Of a stretch of 64,000 bases of DNA, positions 1 through 15,085 are shown in pieces. Numbering within the stretch: position 1 is the stretch's first letter; the number at the start of each line of letters is the position of its first letter. The notes beneath the pieces were generated by a model that had not been told where the DNA came from, did not search any database, and saw nothing but the letters and a program-made list of their open reading frames with translations. The stretch comes from Octopus vulgaris. Taxonomy: Eukaryota. The position numbers and the translations under genes are program-made. Location of the stretch: contig OX597833.1 of assembly GCA_951406725.2 (NCBI GenBank), positions 68,510,001 through 68,574,000 on the forward strand, given 5' to 3'.

Positions 1-73
1 ATTATTCTCCGTTCTACTTTGGTGCACACTGCCATTGGAACCACCGTGTTTACTCTATAACACAAGGGAGATA

Positions 74-212
74 ATGTGCGTGATTAAGGTCAAGATTTAC
101 TTAAATAACCGTAAAAAATACCACCCTTTCGCATGGAACTGCGGCCAGATAAAGCTTCTGCAAACGAGCGGATAATTTTTGACTTGCTCTTCTAATAACA
201 ACAGTAAATATA

Positions 213-275
<63 letters not shown>

Positions 276-411
276 CGTGATTAAGGTCAAGATTTACTTA
301 AATAACCGTAAAAAATACCACCCTTTCGCATAGAACTGCGGCCAGATAAAGCTTCTGCAAACGAGCGGATAATTTTTGACTTGCTCTTCTAATAACAACA
401 GTAAATATAGC
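74..411. repeat. Tandem duplication of a 141-bp unit (74-214 and 271-411), each copy followed by (TA)n
   Basis: Direct comparison: identical except catGg vs catAg. Confidence 0.9.
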
Positions 412-443
<32 letters not shown>

Positions 444-722
444 CAGATAACAAAAAGGAATTCGCTAATAAGATATTAATAAAAAATAAAACTCATGATA
501 TACAATGCCAAGTTTACTAGCCTTGCTCATAAGGGAACACAATTATTTCATAAACTATACTTGCTACCGTGCCGTTACCTATATGTATGCGTGTGTATGT
601 ATGAATGTGTGCGTGTAGGCGTGTCTGTGCCTGTATGTGTGAAATATACATTCCCTCATAGATTCTGATTAGCTCTTCGAAGAAAATTCTTCCATCGACC
701 AGCTGCTAATTCCCACAAAACC

Positions 723-1325
723 CAGCCTATTCTCAATTAAAAATATAAAACTTATATTTTGTGTTTCATAAAACATTTAAAAAAAAAGTTTTTTTCGGCA
801 ATATCGATAAAATATATTGATTCAATAGCACCGTAATTATTCATATTTTAAATTTTATATTTTCCACTTTGCCCCGCAATTCGATGGCTTTTCTCAAGTT
901 CACAAAAATTGCGTTTATACAACATTTAACGTCTACTCTCTCGCCCCGTCTTTCTTTTTCCTCTCTTTATCACAAACAGCCTATTCTCAATTAAAAATAT
1001 AAAACTTATGTTGCACGTGTTTCCATAAAACATTGAAAAAAAAAAAATAGTTTTTTTTTTCCTTGTGTCTCTGATAATCAATATATTGATTCAATAACTT
1101 TTTTTGTAATTATTCATATTTTAAATTTTATATTTTCCACTTTGCTTGTAATTCGATGGCTTTTCTCAGTTCTGTAAAAATTGCGTTTATACAACATTTA
1201 ACGTCTACTCTCTCGCCCCGTCTTTCTTTTTTCCTCTCTTTATCACAAAATATATGTATTAATACATATACACACATCTGTCTATCTATCTATCTATCTA
1301 TCTATTAATCTGTATATCTATCTCT

Positions 1326-1423
<98 letters not shown>

Positions 1424-1598
1424 ACGGGAAGCTTTATGAAAATAGATAAAAGACGAAGGCAGGTGGAAGACAAACGAACAATTGTATTAGTATGGCGCTC
1501 AGGAAATATAAATAAAACAAGTCTTTAACGTTTCGAGCCCTTTCTTTTTTCCTCTCTTTATCACAAAATATATGTATTAATACATATACACACATCTG

Positions 1599-1632
<34 letters not shown>

Positions 1633-1651
1633 AATTAATCTGTATATCTAT
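723..1651. repeat. Overlapping local tandem duplications (723-976 vs 977-1248; ~1220-1322 vs ~1541-1651)
   Basis: Long shared blocks such as cagcctattctcaattaaaaatataaaactta and ttgcgtttatacaacatttaacgtctactctctcgccccg occur twice, with clustered noisy differences. Confidence 0.85.
1421..1540 (-). mobile_element. Fragment of a TA-associated repeat, probably a Penelope-like terminal repeat; related to 33540-33610 and 59810-59980
   Basis: Shares tgtattagt...tcttt(a/g)acgtttc(g/a)ag with 59850-59900. The minus strand carries GCTCGAAACGT, the 3' half of a hammerhead-like motif. Abuts (TA)n. Confidence 0.5.
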
Positions 1652-1710
1652 GAGACGCGAGAGCGAAATAAGGGGAGATAATAGGGTTGATAATAGGGTT
1701 GATGGACCAG

Positions 1711-1790
<80 letters not shown>

Positions 1791-1849
1791 GAGGGTACTT
1801 ACCATAAAAAACACGAGATACACACACCCATTCACACATGCACATATAT

Positions 1850-1992
1850 AGGACGGGCTTCTTTCAGTTTCCATCTAACAAATAAACTCACAAGGCTTTG
1901 GTCGCGATAGGGGTTTAGTGACACGTAGTAGGACTGAAACTAGAACCATGTGGTTGGGAATGAAATGTCTTACCATACAGCGATGGCTGCGC
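1850..1992 (-). mobile_element. SINE family A, 5' part, diverged
   Basis: gacgggcttctttcagtttcc...ctcacaaggctttggtcg...accatgtggttggg matches the copy at 5830-6232. Confidence 0.8.
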
Positions 1993-2606
1993 TTCTGTAG
2001 TTACATTTTCAAATTTACTTTTATGCAGGTTTCCAATTTTTGCATAAATTCAATGATCTCTTTTTACTGTTAAACGTAAACCAATTTGTTGTCAGACTCA
2101 AAATATACGTTTTATTTGTCATAATAATCACATGAGTGCTTAAGACAAGAAATATTGGTTATTTTTATATTTAAATTATTAAATGTCTTGACCGGAGATA
2201 AAACTGAAATGTCAATCAAAAAAAAAAAGCACCAAAAATAGCCCCAAGTTTCACATTTAGAGTTAAACGTTTTTTTTGTGTAGACAAAAAACCTCGAGCT
2301 TTCATAACAAAATAGAAATGAATTCTTCAACTGTCAAAGACGCGGTGGCTCCTCTATCGTTGGATATTTATATTTCTGACGGAAGTCATGTTCAACATTT
2401 CCTGCTTTTTGCATGCCATGTCTTGCGTAAACGCTAAGAGATATGATGCTCTTTCGTAGAACTGAAGAATATTGATGTGTGTATCTGTATGTGTATATGT
2501 ATAGTTATGTGTTTGTGTATGTATGTATGTGCGTGCGTGTACAATGGCATATGCATGTATGTATATAATTATCTATATATAATTAAAAATACGCATACAT
2601 ACACAC

Positions 2607-2662
<56 letters not shown>

Positions 2663-2698
2663 TTGTGTGTGTGCGTGTGCGTGTGTATGTATATGTAC

Positions 2699-2729
<31 letters not shown>

Positions 2730-3509
2730 CACACACGCTGAGAAACACTCGTCCAGGCAAATAAACATACATATATGTTGAAATACACTACTTTCGCTCT
2801 TTGGGGTGGACAGTTTCTTAAAAGTGTGACTGATATATGTATGTGAGTGTGTGTGTGTGTGTGTGTGAAACAGAGAGAGACAGACAGACAGACAGAGAGA
2901 GAGAGAGACAGAGAGAGAAGAAGTGTAGTGTGCATGTTTGTGTGTGTGTGTAGTAAAATTTAAAAAGTATTGTACTTTCACTAACTTGTATAATGATTGT
3001 ATAAATAATCACCTACGAAATATCGAATAATATTTTTTGGCTATTCCTAAACGAATACAGAAGTATATTTATACACATGCTTCTGTCTCGTCGAATGTTT
3101 GACGATCTCTTTCATAAACAGAGCGTAAAAAAAATATAAACATTCAGATATCTATATTTATTTCTGCTAGAAATATTTATATTTACATACCATGTGAGCA
3201 AGAGAGAGAGAGAGAGACATTGTATGTTAGCACAACGTGATGGTAAACAGAAGTCAAGACAGCCTTAAGACATATCCTACCATCATATAAATAGCAATAT
3301 TTCAAAACAAAATAAACATTGCATACTCTTGTCATATACACCTTTTGCAGAGAACATTTCACAGCTGGATTGTACATGTTCTGGGTCATAAGGGCAAACA
3401 CGAGTGTTGAAGGTCAATAGAGTCAACGAACAGCGCAATGGCATACAGAAATCTACTGTACTGTACAATATAGGTGAAACGACGAACAATAAAAACTCAA
3501 GTGAACGAA

Positions 3510-4053
3510 TGTTATTATTATTATCATCATCATTATTATTATTATTACCATTATCATTATTATCATTATTATTATTATTATTATCATTATTATCATTATC
3601 ATTATTATCATTATCATTATTATTATCATCGTTATTATTATTATCATCATTATTATCATTATCATCATTATTATTATCATCATTATCATCATTATTATTA
3701 TTATCATCATTATTATTATTATCATCATCATCATTATCATTATCATCATTATTATTATCATCATTATTATTATCATCATCATCATTATCATCATCATCAT
3801 TATTATCATCATCACCATCATCATCATCATTATTATCATTATTATTATTATTATTATTATCATTATTATTATTATCATTATTATTATTATCATTATTATT
3901 ATCATTATTATTATCATTATTATTATCATCATTATTATTATCATCATTATTATCATTATCATTATTATCATTATTATTATTATTATCATTATCATTATTA
4001 TTATCATCATTATCATTATTATCATTATCATCATTATCATTATTATTATTATT
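3510..4053. repeat. Compound (TTA/TCA)n trinucleotide array, ~540 bp
   Basis: Seen directly; explains the poly-N/D, poly-L/S, poly-I/M and poly-Y/H ORFs. Confidence 0.97.
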
Positions 4054-4652
4054 AAGCAGTGGACTGCTTAAAATGCTTTTGAGGAATTTCTTCCTCTTCA
4101 TGCAAGATATTTCATGAAAAATTTTGATTGTTTCTCCAAGATTATTATTAATTAAAGATGATACGAAATAATTTGTCGTTGAATTTTGTTGGTTATTGTT
4201 ACCTGCGAAGCCATAAACAAAACGCCAATAGTTCTTAACAAATATATCTTAAAACTTGAATGATTAAATTTCCTGTCTATCGCTAAAAATTTGCGTTGTT
4301 CTTTTCATTGTTAATTTCTACTTCGAGTTCTGTTTACAAAGTTTGTAAAGTCACCAGTTAAAATTTGCTTTCACTTGCTTTCATTTCTATGTTGATGTCT
4401 TAATTACAATATCTTCGTTTTTCTCTCTCGTTTTATTTTCTCTTATAAGGTGTTGACTATTGCAATCTAATTTCTGTTTTGAACTCGGGATAATGTAGCT
4501 CTGACATCAAAGACCAGCGTATTTTCATTTCCAGTATGAAATAATTATTTTCCAACATAAGACGCGAAACAGATTATTAGTCAAATCAATAATTAAATAT
4601 TAATACACAATCACAATACAAAATTTCAAATATACACAGAATTAAACACACA

Positions 4653-4689
<37 letters not shown>

Positions 4690-4754
4690 GCAACACATAC
4701 ACTAGCACACGCACGCATATCTCTGATTAGGTGTACTGGTCTCCCTTCACACAC

Positions 4755-4843
<89 letters not shown>

Positions 4844-5829
4844 TATGTACGCCCACACACATAGTTATAAGCGTTCACATAGAGACAGCATGGTGGCTTT
4901 ATTTAAAAGCTGTAACAACGCGAGGAAGCGTAATGTGAAAAGCGGTGCATAACACGGTCTGATTGTCTTGTCGGTAATGTAATATATAGTGCGGATGAAT
5001 ATATTTATATTCAATACTTATGTTCGTGTTTTAGAATTTAGACACTACCTGCAAAATCAGAAGAATAACTGATTTCCTTTTAACTCTGTGATTTAATTTC
5101 TCTTTCATTTGAAACTGCAGAGCCGTTTACACATCAGGCATGTTCCACTCTGTCTATTATCGGGTGATTTATAACCGAGAGAGCCATAATCGTAAGCATC
5201 TAAACACAACTTCGCTCCTCTTAGATTGAAGCAAGCCATAAGCTGTTACAGGTCACAATTGAATATAGTTGAACATAGACGAGTCATTAACTTAGTAGAC
5301 TATTTTTTCTTTTGTTTCTATCCTTGAATTCGGACAGGATTCGTGGTATCGCAAACAATAATGCATATTAGATTTCCTTATCAGAAATGTGTTCCTGAAA
5401 TATTAGTGGAAATATATATTGTGATATCTATATAGTTTAATTTATTACTGTTCACTATACACAAATGAAAGCAAAGTATATTTCCCGCAGTGAACAGAAA
5501 CATGTTGTACCGTGTCCAACACATATCGTCCCCGATTCACCCGAGTCCTTGATAAACGTTCCAAAGTAATAGTTAAGTAAGCACGGGTGCATACACATCT
5601 GGAAAATATTGAAAGAGATAAAATGGTAGCATTATGAAGGCAACGTTATGACGTGCCTAACCTCACTAATACCGCGCCAGTGGCACGCGAAATATGAAAC
5701 ATTTTCTTATACAAAGCTGTGTACAGCGTATAGTATGAAAACAGCAAGAGGCTTGCATTTAGATCATTTCTTGACCTCCCTGGTCAATCTAATGTAAATG
5801 AAACATGAACTAATTTAAGTGCGAATTTC

Positions 5830-6232
5830 TTACTCTTTCACTCTTTTAATTGTTTCAGTCATTTGACTGTGGCCATGCTGCAGCACCACCTTTTTTAGTC
5901 CAGAAAATCGACTCCAGAACTTATTCTTTGTAAGCCTAGTACTTATTCAATCAGTTTGTTTTGCCGAACCGCTAAGTTACGGGGACGTAAACACACCACT
6001 ATCGGTTGTCAAGCAATGTTGGAGGACAAATAACAAACACATAAACACACACATACATACATATATATACGACGGGCTTCTTTCAGTTTCCGTCTACCAA
6101 ATCCACTCACAAGGCTTTGGTCGGCCCGAGGCTATAGTAGAAGACACTCGCCCAAGGTGCCACGCAGTGGGAATAACCCCGGAACCATGCGGTTGGTTAG
6201 CAAGCTACTTACCACACAGCCACTCCTGCGCC
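5830..6232 (-). mobile_element. Full-length tRNA-derived SINE, family A (CORE-like centre, internal TA/TG repeat, AAAGAGT-type tail)
   Basis: Reverse complement starts GGCGCAGGAGTGGCTGTGTGGTAAG (A box), continues with a B-box region and CCTTGGGCGAGTGTCTT; collinear with 47603-48000 and 59983-60385. Confidence 0.9.
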
Positions 6233-7822
6233 TCCTTGTTTAATTCTTCACTAATTGTACAGTTTGCGAGATGTTAAACACAAAACAGTGAAAGTATCCG
6301 AACCATCGATCTGGTATTTTTACATTCTATTCTCCTGCAGTTGTGGCGTCATCCGGGATAGGATTCGTGTCATTGTATTCAACATATTAATTTTAGCAAT
6401 TATTTGTGGAATATGTTTCAGAAAAAAAATACATAATCCGTTCCAGTAATTAATATTTCAAATTGATATCATATACACTGCACGCTAGGAAAAAGTTTAA
6501 AATATCAACAACGAAAACTGCATTTAATTAAATATGCAATTCATCATTTTTCTTTAAATTAATTTAATGAGCTTTCTAACAATTAATAGTGGAATATTTA
6601 GTGATATTTCCATTAAGGGCATATCTTATTTGACAAGAGATTTACAGAAATGGAAATGGAAGTGAATTAAATGGTCCTAATTTATCATCTGTAAATAAAA
6701 TATGTTCAATAATTGAAGCCAAAGTTGGAATAGAATGAAACTTTATATGATAGGGTAAGTGAAATATGAAATAAGAACAAAGGTAAGCCATGGTAATTAC
6801 GCAAATAAATGGCAGTATTCTAGAAGAAGAAAACAATAATAAAGAAAAGTGTATATATTTTCTGACATTGATTCTATTTTGAATTAATAAACGAAACGCA
6901 GAAATAGAAATTGGCTGCAACATATAAAGGAATCTACTTCCTGGTATAGTCAAAGCTTGCACGTTTTCAATATCATGCATTTGTTTATGAAAAGCAGTGT
7001 AGAGTCAAACGTATTAAACGGTGTTTGTCTAGTTTCTCTATGATCATGTTTTACTGAATTAAATGCGTCTCCTTCCGTTTGAGAGAAAAAGAGAGAGAGA
7101 AAAAAACGTGTGAGTAGGGATTAATTTATCTGCCCTTATTTCTAGCAAACATCATTAGTCCAGACTTTCTCCAGTGGGTTCATCGTTTTGGATGTTTAAA
7201 CAATTTATCCTAAAATAAACCCTTGTGTTATGCTAAGTTATGCTAAGCGTGTTCTAATCTTGATAATTTAGGTTATCGTGTAATTATCTAGAATGCACAT
7301 TTTGTTTTCTATATTTTCGACACAGTACAGCGTGTTTAGAGGGATATTTGGCTGCTATTTACTGCAACTGAAGCAATTGTATACAGACTCACCGTTTGAG
7401 TGGTAGCGTTTTGTGTTTATGTATCTCAATAATTCTTAATCAAGTAGATGAACGATGAAAGAAATTAAATACATGACCATCACGTCATTTGCAAAGGTAT
7501 ATTTAATTTATGATTTAAAAAAACCATTGAAGCACAACATTCGTAACATTATTAGACAATAAAGTATGATGTGAAGAACATTTCGTTGCCATATCGAGCG
7601 CAAAGATAGCGACGTTGGCTTCTCTCTTATAGCTTATTTCTACGAAGTGGAAAATCTAAACAGCTGGCGCACCGGTTACATTGATTTGCAGTATATTGTT
7701 CCGAAATAAATAATAAAAAATTGTATGTTGCAATGGCGGCTCTTACTCTTATTTCGACATGTCCGAAATAAGGAGTGACTTGAAGTTTATTGATTCAATA
7801 TTCTTTCTTCATAAATTCCTTA

Positions 7823-8090
7823 ACGTGGTTGTCTGTTAAGAAGCTTGCTTCCCATCTACATGGCTCCGGGATTAATCTCACAGCGTCGTACTTGAGCAAA
7901 TGCCTTCAGATCGACCAAAGCCTTGCAAGTGGATTTGGTAGATGGAAACTGAAAGAAGCCACTCATGTATATGTATATATATAAATGTGTGTGTGTGTGT
8001 GTGTGAATGTCTGTGTTTGTCCCCCTCGCACCACTTGAAAACCTGTGCTGGTGTGTTTACGCCCCCGTATACTCGCAGTTCGGTAAAAAA
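7823..8090 (+). mobile_element. SINE family A, diverged copy
   Basis: gaccaaagccttgcaagtggatttggtagatggaaactgaaagaagcc matches family A. Confidence 0.8.
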
Positions 8091-9217
8091 AGGTCCTAGG
8101 TTCGATACATCTGACTAATTATGTAATCACTCATCAAGGGAGTTACCAAGCGAACTAACTCCACCTTGTTCTATTTCATCTTTGCTTAGTACAAAAGTCT
8201 TTTGCATAGCGAGCATAAACTGCGTTCAAGTCCCCACTGCATTCTGCAAATTCGTCAGCTGCGACAAAGTGTAGGGTGTGCTCAAATGGCTGTTGCAAAC
8301 GTCTCCTCCTATCTGAAAAAACAAAACTTATCCCGTCAGCTTATTAGATATATATTTATGATATACTAATATTACTATAATCTGGAACAGTTATCCTTGT
8401 ATCTACTGACATTCTCAAAACTTCTGGAATGACCCTCATACTTAATAAGTATGTAAGGGGTTGATTATCACTGCGGTGATGAGGTGCTTTTAAAGGAATC
8501 TAAAATTTCTGTAGATTAAACATATTTTTGTGTAATTATATTGAATTCATTGAACTTACAGAGCATTATTAAATAAATATAAAAACCCTACATTTGTTTG
8601 GTGTATATATTTATTTATAGAAAGGTTTTCAATGAGAAGTATCGTATCGAAAATATATTAAAAGAATTACAATGAATAGAAAAAAGACAATTTTTTTCGG
8701 ATTGGTTTCGTTATCCGGAAGCGATGATTATCAATTCCAACTTATTAATTGCTTCCCTGGTTCTTGTCAGGAGAATAAGATGCATTTCTAATTCATTACA
8801 AGGAAACAGCTGGAGACTGCGAATGTGTTGACACGTTGAGAGGTGTGATTTGAATAAAGATACCGATCCCTCTAGATTGAATGTTCGCAGTCATAAATTG
8901 CTGTTGCAGATCAAGATTGAACTGTGTCGAAATATGATGTGACGTGAAATGAAAATTCACTTGCATTGACTGAAAGGCAAAATGAAAGAATTCATATTTG
9001 TCGGAATGAATGAAATGCTTTCGCGATCTGCTGATTTTATTGCCATTCTCTTTCAGACTTTATTGCTACCTGCAACGAAATATGCAATTTTCTTTCGAGG
9101 CTGTTCTACAAATTATTTTCCATATAAGCAAAGACTCTGGAATAAAATTTTGCAGGTAGACAAAGGCATGATCAAATGCACTGGGAGAAAATGCGCACAC
9201 ACAGACATACCTGTGTA

Positions 9218-9218
9218 G

Positions 9219-9306
<88 letters not shown>

Positions 9307-9311
9307 ATATA

Positions 9312-9342
<31 letters not shown>

Positions 9343-9347
9343 ATATA

Positions 9348-9446
<99 letters not shown>

Positions 9447-9451
9447 ATATA

Positions 9452-9482
<31 letters not shown>

Positions 9483-9487
9483 ATATA

Positions 9488-9518
<31 letters not shown>

Positions 9519-9820
9519 ATATGTGTGTGTGTATATATGTGTGTGTGTGTGTGTGTGTATATGTGTATGTGTGTGTATATATGTGTGTGTGTATATATGT
9601 GTGTGTATATATATGTGTGTGTGTATATATGTGTGTGTGTATATATATGTGTGTGTGTATATATATATGTGTGTGTGTATATGTGTGTGTATATGTGTGT
9701 GTGTGTATATATGTGTGTGTGTATATGTGTGTGTGTATATATGTGTGTGTGTGTATATATGTGTGTGTGTATATATGTGTGTGTATATATATATGTGTGT
9801 GTGTGTATATATATATATGC
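9218..9820. repeat. Compound (TG)n/(TA)n microsatellite, ~600 bp
   Basis: Seen directly. Confidence 0.97.
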
Positions 9821-11134
9821 ATATATATGTGCATATGTGCATATGTTATATATGTACGCATGTGTTTCTGTGTGTTTGTATATTTTGTGTATGAGAATTA
9901 CTAAAATTATTAATGACATACAAAGCACTTTTTAAAATGCAGATTAACCTTATCCCTTCTAAAGGAACTTTTGTGTAATCGCTCTTTGCTCTTTTCAGCT
10001 TTTCAAAACGACACACAAATCCTTCAATCACATCTGTCTCAAACTGCTTTTTTTTTAAGGATGTTTTTATACAATTGAATGCATTCAATTTTCAGAAAAA
10101 GGTATTTCTTTAAAACATCGTGACTTCTACACATTTCCCTACAAATGTTTTAAAATACACAAATACAAAAACACTTTCTCTCTCTCTCTCAATCTCTCTC
10201 CCCCTCTCTCACACAAAAACAATCTCTCTCTCTCCTCTACACAAATAGCTTATGTTTTACCTGTTTCAGGAACTGGAATGCCAACAATATTCAATCATGT
10301 AGGGCTTAGTCGAACTTATCAACCCCCGTACTTAGCTCTTTCGCAGAAACGCTGTTACGGGGAGGTTAACAAGCAACACTGAAGGGCCAAGTCGTGGTAG
10401 CACAGATACAGTTACGAGGACCAACTACAAAAGCATACACACTCACACGCATGTGTGAGCATGTGTCGAGGAACCAATATCTGGATATTTAAATGGATTC
10501 GGCGTTTACATGTACGCTGCAAAATGAAGTAACTGAAAAAACAAGGGGTCTTCAGATTTGGTTTTATTCAGTTAGGTAAGCAAAATGTAAGGGCTCACTA
10601 TTAAAAGCTTTCAAGGAATAGATAGAAAGGTGCAAGTAGTACTTTACTGCTCCTGGCATAGTTTCTCATTAGCGGACGATATGTGTATTTACCAACAACA
10701 CAGCATGTGGAGTACGATCCAACTACAACAAGACTGAATTGGCACTAAATAACTGCAACAATATATAATCTGATACGACTTTTCGAAGGGAAATTATGCA
10801 GTTATTTTCTGTTATGTTCGAATTGATATCATGATTCCTTGTGACCAATAATTATGATGCCGTGTATATGATGTTTGAAACGTGAAAATCTGCATACGTG
10901 CTTAGGTACAGTGCTATCAATATAAATTACGAATCATCTATATTTTCTAAAGCAAAGTCTATTAGTTCCCCTATGGGTACACCACAAGATCTGATTGGCA
11001 TTAAACGTCAGCTGAGATTCTCAATGAATTCACATCAGGTTCGAATGACTATATCTATATCTGGCAAAGCAACAAAGACAACCGCTAAATTCCCAATACA
11101 ATTCGAACGGGGTATAATTCAAATTCAAGTCAAA

Positions 11135-11330
11135 TCTTGGCACAAGGCAAACAATTTTGCGAAATGAGCGGGTGGGCCGATTACATCGAGCCCAGCTAAC
11201 AAATGGTACTTGTTTTGCCGACTCCGAAGAGATGATCTCGGAGGAATTTGAACTCAGAACGCAAAGAAGGGTGAAATGCCAATAAGCATTTTGTCCGGCG
11301 TGCTAACGATTCTCCCATCTCACCGACCTT
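11135..11330 (-). mobile_element. SINE family B, diverged
   Basis: ggaatttgaactcagaacg...aagcattttgtccggcgtgctaacgattct matches the copy at 42725-42959. Confidence 0.8.
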
Positions 11331-11516
11331 CAACGATGATTCATTTTCAAAGTAAATCATTGTTCCTACTCTGAAATTAAAAATAGTCTCCTAATACATT
11401 AATTGTATCCTGGAAAGCACACAATAATAATAATAATAATAATAATGATAATCGCAATAATAATAATTATTATTATTTTTATATTGTTATTATTATAATT
11501 ATTATTATTTTTTCTA

Positions 11517-11557
<41 letters not shown>

Positions 11558-11622
11558 AACTGTCATATTGTCATTTTGTTAATACGCATTATACCCAACA
11601 GGATAACAATCCTCATAGAAAT

Positions 11623-11689
<67 letters not shown>

Positions 11690-12079
11690 GCGTTGTTTGT
11701 GATGATGGTAACTCTACAAAAGCGACAGATAAAGGGACAATACAAGAACTAATGTTAAATCGGTGGTGGTGGTGGTGGTGGTGGCGCTGGTGTGCGTGGT
11801 TGTTATTGTAGTTGAGGGGTGGGGACATGGAGATTGCGCAAGATCAGATATGGAATACAAATCATTCAAAAAGAATCGAAATGAAAAGGAAGTTGATTAG
11901 CGAAGTCGTAATATCAGGAATAAAAATAATCTTTACTGTATTTTACACAAAGGATGTATTCATCCTATTCATATCGTATCACAAAAGGGAGGGACAATAA
12001 GTGCTACGTGTACACACACACACACACACAGACACACAGACACACACACACACATACTCAAATACGCACACGATTATAT

Positions 12080-12350
12080 GTTAAAGAAGCTAGATTTGTA
12101 ACCATGTGTTTTCGAGTTCGGTCCCAGTGCGATGCACCTAGGGCAAATTGTCTACAACGATCAGCAAGAGCTGATCAATGTCTTGTGAATGAAATTGATA
12201 CATGGAAACTGTTCGGAAGCGCACTGTATAAATAAACACGCGCGTGTTGTTTGTGCGTGCCTGTGTTTGTATTTGATAATTATATTTAAATAATCAGCAT
12301 TTAGTTGTTCATCAGTCGATTTTACCAAGTACAGGAAACCGTGCCAACGC
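12080..12350 (+). mobile_element. SINE family A, highly diverged
   Basis: aaccatgtg...gagttcggtcccagtgcg...gggcaaattgtct...cttgtgaatgaaatt...ggaaactg. Confidence 0.6.
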
Positions 12351-14877
12351 AAACTACCAACCGCTCCTTTCTTATTTATACTCATGGGCGTGCGAAATGT
12401 CCTGATATATATATATATATATATATATGCATGCATATATATATATATACATGCACACACACACAGATGCAGCTATACCCAAAATACAATTTATATTTAT
12501 TATCTTCACCAACGTGAAATATACCATTTTCTACCGGCAACTAAAATAATAACTTCTCCCTCTGTAAAAGAGAAAGAGAGAAGGGGAGAGAGATTTTGTT
12601 GAAAGAAGGAGGCAGAAATTATTTGCCTCGGCATTTGACAATTAATTATCTTTTACGGCCCCTCCATATTGGAAGTTGGATGAAACTGAGCTCAGTGACA
12701 CGCATCACAAGGCCCATTAATAAATACCACAAACCATTTTGTCCGTTGCTAAAATGATTCAACCAATTCATTATCCTTTATTAATAAATTTCCTGGGCTT
12801 TAAAACTATTTTGTTTTCATTATTATGTTGTGTTACAAATTATTTCTATACATGTTCAGAGATAATTCAAAATGGATAGATAATGCGTACTGCTAGAGAA
12901 AAGAAACCGGTTGTCATATTGTACAATATCTTTTTTGAGAGGAATAATTTCCTTTCTAATGCGATTACATCAGCATCTAAATATTCTCTTTAACTGTTAA
13001 ATGAAATAATTTCTACAGTTGCAAGTAAATAGATGACACCGCTTTGCATTTATAACTTACTTTTGACAGTTTCATCGATTGTAATTGCTATTGTATTCGA
13101 TGTACAGTGGTGCTGTGCATTACGGCAACAATAACCCAGTCATATTAAATCTTTCCTGGGCCGATACCTCAGATAGTCTCAACATGTTTTTGTCCTTGAC
13201 ACCGATGAAGATTTGCCTCCATCATTCATACAGTATACGGACATAACGCAACATAATGAAATGTAGAATTCCTTTACACAATACCTAAAGTTTTCCCGAC
13301 CAGTAATGATTAGAGCAATTGCTATAAAGCGCTGTGGTGGAACCGTGAGAGCGTTCTGGCTGCAGTTATTGGGACGAGATTTTGACAATAAATAGTTAAT
13401 GTGAAGTGAACAGTTTTTATGTGCTTTTAAATTACTAATCTGTGTCTTTCAACTTGTAATTATTTTGATTTTGAATACAGTCTCAGATGAAATCACTTGT
13501 TAATCATGTCCATCTCCAAAATAAAGCTTAGATTATCAATGAAGATGTAACGGTTGTTCTCTCCATGTAGATTTATTATCAGTCAGATGCATAATAGCCT
13601 CTCCTAGATTAATCAACACCGTACTACATAATTATTTATTGCAATTTAAAATATTATAAGGATCTTCACGACAGATCATATCACCGTTCTGCATACAAGT
13701 AGGGAAATTCAAGCAGCCATGGACCATTTAATAAATATACAGATTTATTCGATTCGGACAACTTAACAAATGAATAATACATGACTACGGAATCTGATAA
13801 GTTCGATTAAATATCAATTTCAATTTTGATAATTATTCTTAACTCATTCATGTAATATTTCGAATCTGAATCTTGTTTTACTTCGTCACATTATTAACTT
13901 TTAATGCACGGATTAGAAGAATGACGTGAGAACAAGAGAAAATAAAAGGGAGCCATGAAATAAGCCTCTCCATGTCAGCTACATTGTAATTATATCGTAC
14001 GGCTTATGGTCTGAAGCGCTGAATATGCCGCAGTTGCATGTTACGGGGAGATAATAGGTGGTAGTTTGTCTCCTTATTTCTGTTATCTGTCTCCAACTGC
14101 GAGCTTTCTAATTACAATTGAAATACCCAATGTTTAAGATCCAATTCAGGGAAATAAGAACTAAGGACTAAAAGGATCTAATTAGTGACCTTCCTGCAAC
14201 AATAGCAGATCTCTGTGAAACCAGGGGCCTCTTCATTCGATGTTCGCCATTTTGTAATTTAGTGAAATAAAAGCAGCGTTGAGAGTTAATACACAGTTAC
14301 GTATGTGCATATGCCTGTAAGTACAGGCGTACACATTTATGCATGTACACACAACTGACATACATACACACACATGTGCATATACACGTGTAGGTGCATG
14401 TCCTCTCTCAGTGTGTACGTGGGTGTGTATTTATGTGTAGGTGTAGTTAAAGGAAAAAGACGCATTTGGGAAAGTGCACACATTCCCACATATTCTCATG
14501 CACCTATTCAAGATAATAACTCACATGCCAAATAACAAATAACTTTCAACTTAATAACAGATATTTAGTAAACCTGTCTAACTGCAGCGGTAATGAAAAT
14601 GGCAGATTATAAAACAATATACGGGATGAAACTTGCATTCAAAATATAGTGATTAGAAAATACAGGCATTACCCATAGATATATATGCAGTAATTAAACT
14701 AAGTGTGATTGGTTAAAAATCTGCATTATTTTCTTTAAGTTTATCCCTTTAGTTTGTTCTGGGATTCATTGTAAATTGGTGAGGCCTATGCGGCGGCAAA
14801 AGCGACTTTCCTAAAAATGAGCCGCAATAGGCTTGCTCAATGGCAAACGAAATGCTCAAGAGAAATAAATATTCTTT

Positions 14878-15085
14878 TCTTTTCTACTCTAGGCACAAGG
14901 CTCAAAATTTGAGGGGGAGAGAGAGCAGTCAATTAGATTGGCCCTAATGCACAAATGGCACATAATTTATCAGCCCCAAAAACATGAAAGGCAAAGTCGA
15001 CCTCGGCGGAATTTGAACTCAGAACGTAAAGGCAGACGAAATACTGTTAAGCATTACACCCGGCGTTTTAACCTTTCTGCCAGGG
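14878..15085 (-). mobile_element. SINE family B
   Basis: atgaaaggcaaagtcgacctcggcggaatttgaactcagaacgtaaaggcagacgaaatac. Confidence 0.85.

Noticed and set aside
10560-10582. TTAG|GTAAGC as a second recursive splice site
   Set aside because: Short pyrimidine tract with a competing upstream CAG; compatible with chance.
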